A DNA stretch of 64,000 nt from Laetmonice hystrix (taxonomy: Eukaryota). Each line of letters opens with the position of its first letter. Positions within the stretch are counted from its first letter, which is position 1. Positions 60,097 to 64,000 of the stretch are shown here, in pieces. The position numbers and the translations under genes were made by a program. Below the pieces are notes generated by a model. It saw nothing but the letters and a program-made list of their open reading frames with translations. It ran no database searches and was not told where the DNA came from. Where the stretch lies: assembly GCA_965235115.1 (NCBI GenBank), contig OZ249451.1:4464001-4528000 (forward strand). The letters run 5' to 3'.

Positions 60097-63000
60097 CTTC
60101 GGTACACATGGCACTTATACTCATAGGTGGCGCCACAGTCGGTAAAACATCCCGAATGAGCGCAACTCTTGGCCAATAATTTACGGCACATAGGCCTACA
60201 TATTCCAATAGATAAAAACTAGGGCCATAGGATTTAGTCCATAAACTGTATTGAGAGTTCAACCGCAGGAATAGTTGGAAAGATTAGGGATTTCACATTC
60301 TGTAGCGTTTATCTTGATGGTAGGCTACGTCTTGAGGAAACCAGACGCTGTAAGGCAGTGGCGGATCGGAGGAGAGTCCTTGCCCCCCCCCCCCCCCAAG
60401 GGATGAAGAAAATATTTTTTTTCTGTTTTCCCATTAGGTCGAATTACACCCGAACTACAGCATTGTAAATATCCCCCCAGCTCCCCCTCAAACAAATCCT
60501 GGATCCGGGCCCGGAGAATAGGAGTAGACCTCGTTTTGGGGGTAATTTGACTTTTCCCCATTGCACTACATGCACTCATGTGGGTCAACTCTAGATCGCT
60601 ATGCTATGTCAGCGTTAGCGTTGTAAAATGGTTGAAGGCAGAACAACTACATGTAGTTTACCGCCCATAAAAATATGTTGTGCTGTAGGAACCACTTTAC
60701 AATCCGTGTTAGGCCTATATAACTGGTATGGCAAACAAAGTAACAAGAGGTTCACATAGGAACACTGCATCTGTAGATTGACTTTGTGGGTGCAGTGTTG
60801 AAAGGTAAATTAATGTTAAGGGTTCCTAACAGGGTATTTGATGTGGAAAAAACAAAGAACACATTGTAATTCTCATTTGTACGATTTACTTGACCCAGGG
60901 GGTAATCCTTTTACAAAGCGGGCCAGAGGACAATCACCTGGATAAACGATCATCTCTACAACTAAAAACAAACAAATAAAAAAAACAAATATCAAGAAAA
61001 TAAACATTCCATTATAGAAAGATAAATATAAAAATACACTGTGTAATGAAAGAAAACGATTTCCCAAACGGTCGCAGTGCTCTCTATGTTTACATTGAAG
61101 TAGACTAACCCCTTAAAACCGGTAAGCCGAGCAGATTATGTCTTTGATTCGCAGATATTCTTGTCCAGGATAATCCAGTGACGATTTCCATAATCTTTGA
61201 TCAGGGCATGATCTGCTGTCAGACACAGCAGTTGGGGAAATCGCATTCAACCTAGACTTAGCTCAAGATAATCACGTCATTGTTTGTTTTTTGAGGGTTC
61301 AAGGCATTGGATGGTTATCCCAAAATGTGGGAGAAAGAATAAGTAATTTTTCAGGTGGCAAAATCAGAATTAGGACAATCGATGGTGGCCACGACACGTG
61401 CGAACTGCCAGGAAGAGCTCAAAGTAAATCCGACAATATTTTCTATAAACTTGTCGCTCAACATTACGCCTACGCCTTTCTATAAATCCTTTCTAATTGC
61501 TAGGGCTATACTTAACATCATAAGGTCTACGACTCATATTATATTGCAAAGGATTAGAACTTGACCCGACTATTCTCTCGCATGTATGTGTAGGGTATCT
61601 CCGTATTGTTGAAAGATGGTATAATACATGTAAGCCGTAGACATATAATCGAGGGCTAAAACCCTCTTCGTTCCGTGCATGTGGATTTGTTCAGACCCAA
61701 ACGTCACAGATTCCAAAATGTAAGACAGCAGCTCATTGGTCCACACTGTGAGAGGCGACTGGCCAAATACTTTGTGAATCCGACTAAATCCCCCTGGAGG
61801 CGAGTATCCTTCTGGTCGAAATCCCGCCTTGCCTGTAAACCGACGTTATAAAACCTTGTAAATCTTATAAGTGAAAGTTTTCTCACCTACGTCCTTCAGC
61901 ATATTACATGGTATAAGCGGGGACTTGTAGGCCTATACGAGGCTATATACATGTACAATTCTTAAAGGAGTTCCAGCTTAGAGATTAAGTATTGGCACTC
62001 GAGAACCGTTCACTAGGCCAGACTGAGCAACCCATGACAAGCCACTTCGTAAACAGGTCGCAACACAAGGAATTTACCTGCCCTGGGTTCAGTTCCTCAT
62101 TTAGTTTATCTACGACTAAGACGAGAACAATCGCTCTAATGAATGTAGAAGTATGAGAGGATGTGACACAATGCTCACTTCAGTAGGAACACATCAAGTT
62201 TCAAGTCCGTATACTCAGGGAAACGTGAGAGCTTCCAAGACCAAGTCATATTTGTCCTGTGGATACGTCTATTCCGGCTCGCGAGATATTGGACTGGGAA
62301 TTATGGTCGTGAATTGTAAACAGATCTCGTGAATGTCTTCCATGCCGAGCTTTTTAACGTGCAAACTCGTCCTTTCTCGTCCTTCACGTAAGTATGCACG
62401 CCCCTTATAGTATACCCAATATAGGCAAAGTTTCAAGGGAGGATTTTGTCAGGGGGGGGGGGGGGGGAGTCGACGGACTTTCTTTTGGAAGAAACACTGT
62501 ATGTGTGGGAGGGGGGGGGGGGAGGTGGTGTTGTTAAATCAGTGTCCCCCAAGTAACCCTGCAGGACACCTTAATGCTTGATGGGGTCGAACATACAAGG
62601 TTCATAGCAGAGACGGAGGAAGGGCTAGGTCTGTGAGCAGCTGCATCGGCGTGACAGGCTCAGTTTTTTTAGTAGGCCTATGTATCTTTTTTTCACCAGG
62701 AAGGTAGGCTTCAGTAGTGTCGAGTAGGCGTAGAGAGTACGGCTGACAATTGTTGATCTTGATACAGACGGGGATTGAGGCGCCAACGGTTGTGGCCAGC
62801 TTGCATCTTGAGAGACTCCTGTGAAATACAATTTAAATGCCTAAATAAGTAGGCTAAATCAAATAACTAAATAGATGTTCAAGTTCTTGGTAGAAACGGC
62901 ACTAATGGACCATCGAACATATGAAGGAAACAGGCCTTGTATCATTTGATAAACAAGTTAGGCCTACTTATAAAACTTAATCTGCTTCAGTGTATAGGCG

Positions 63001-63143
63001 GGATCACGTCAGAGGGCTAATTCTTTCCAAGAAGTCTCCAAAAATTCATAACGGTCATTGTCGAAGATTAACCTAGTCAGGTTTATACCACTCACCTGTG
63101 TTAATAAACCCAGTGGCCGTGAAGCATAATATTTGTGACGCAT

Positions 63144-63414
63144 TTCATGCTGGCCTGCTTCTGTTTGCTAAACTTCATGCTGGCCTGCTTCTGTTTGCTA
63201 AACTTCACGCTGGCCTGCTTCTGTTTGCTAAACTTCATGCTGGCCTGCTTCTGTTTGCTAAACTTCATGCTGGCCTGCTTTTGTTTGCTAAACTTCATGC
63301 TGGCCTGCTTCTGTTTGCTAAACTTCATGCTGGCCTGCTTCTGTTTGCTAAACTTCATGCTGGCCTGCTTCTGTTTGCTAAACTTCATGCTGGCCTGCTT
63401 CTGTTTGCTAAACT
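63144..63414. repeat. 30-bp minisatellite, 9 copies
   Basis: Unit TTCATGCTGGCCTGCTTCTGTTTGCTAAAC. Confidence 0.95.
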
Positions 63415-64000
63415 CACTTCAATGAACCAGTCGCCGTAGGCCGACCATGCTTTTGAGACGTTATTTTCCAGTGTAGGCCTACTTTGGCTTTTTAAAACGT
63501 CAAGGTAGGCATAGTGGAGCGTTGGGAGGGTAAGGGGGGAGGGCTATGACGAAAACAGGCGGAAGAAAGATATTATTTTGAACACAGAAGCCAGTGTAGG
63601 TAGAAGGAGATCAATTGACATTATTGTAATTTTTAATTCATGTATAGACCAGGCTTAATAAGACGAACGAATGTCATCTTTATGTGAAGTCATATTGAAT
63701 TGGCTTCCAAAAATACCATCATGGGAATAGCGACTCCTGGGCTTCCGTAGTTTCGTGAGACTGTATCTTACGAGACCTAGTAACACCTTACTGAATTTAC
63801 GTAAATCAGTTCCATTGTAAAAAGTCAATGGCGCCATACCTACGCGGGTATTAAATTAGTTCTTTAGAAGTTTTCAATGACATGATCAATTTCCGCGCAT
63901 AAAAGCCCAAATTCTTTTATGTTCTAAAGATATCAGATGCTCTATTTCAACAATATTTTATTCTTCCCCTATAGGCGTACTGATTCTTTCATTATTGTAT

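Noticed and set aside
63098-63439. Repetitive ORFs (KLHAGLLLFA)n and (MKFSKQKQAS)n
   Set aside because: A 30-bp unit is open in several frames simply because it is a stop-free multiple of three.

Overview
Animal nuclear DNA from a draft scaffold with three N gaps. It is most likely a spiralian/lophotrochozoan, inferred from an animal-type AOX plus a divergent WFANKR-type TALE homeobox. I reconstructed five plus-strand protein-coding genes by hand from splice signals and reading-frame continuity: (1) a Lifeguard/TMBIM (GRINA/FAIM2-like) gene, 10 coding exons, 343 aa; (2) an unrecognised 77-aa secreted, Cys-free peptide precursor, 2 exons; (3) mitochondrial alternative oxidase AOX, 10 exons, 354 aa; (4) VPS16, 21 exons, 831 aa, with two U12-type minor introns; (5) an intronless divergent TALE homeobox gene (SPILE-like) nested on the same strand in VPS16 intron 11. 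Introns are packed with minisatellites, several of which are amplified copies of real splice junctions: about 60 copies of the AOX exon-9 acceptor, 9 copies of the VPS16 exon-16 acceptor plus half-exon, and a duplicated VPS16 exon-11 donor. Mobile DNA includes a complete Helentron-type non-autonomous element in a Lifeguard intron, CAGGG-ended TIR elements with unusual 6-bp target duplications, and small palindromic MITEs. Weak candidate minus-strand spliced genes lie at both window ends. No CRISPR, rRNA or convincing tRNA was found. Gene names rest on my recall of family motifs, not on database searches.
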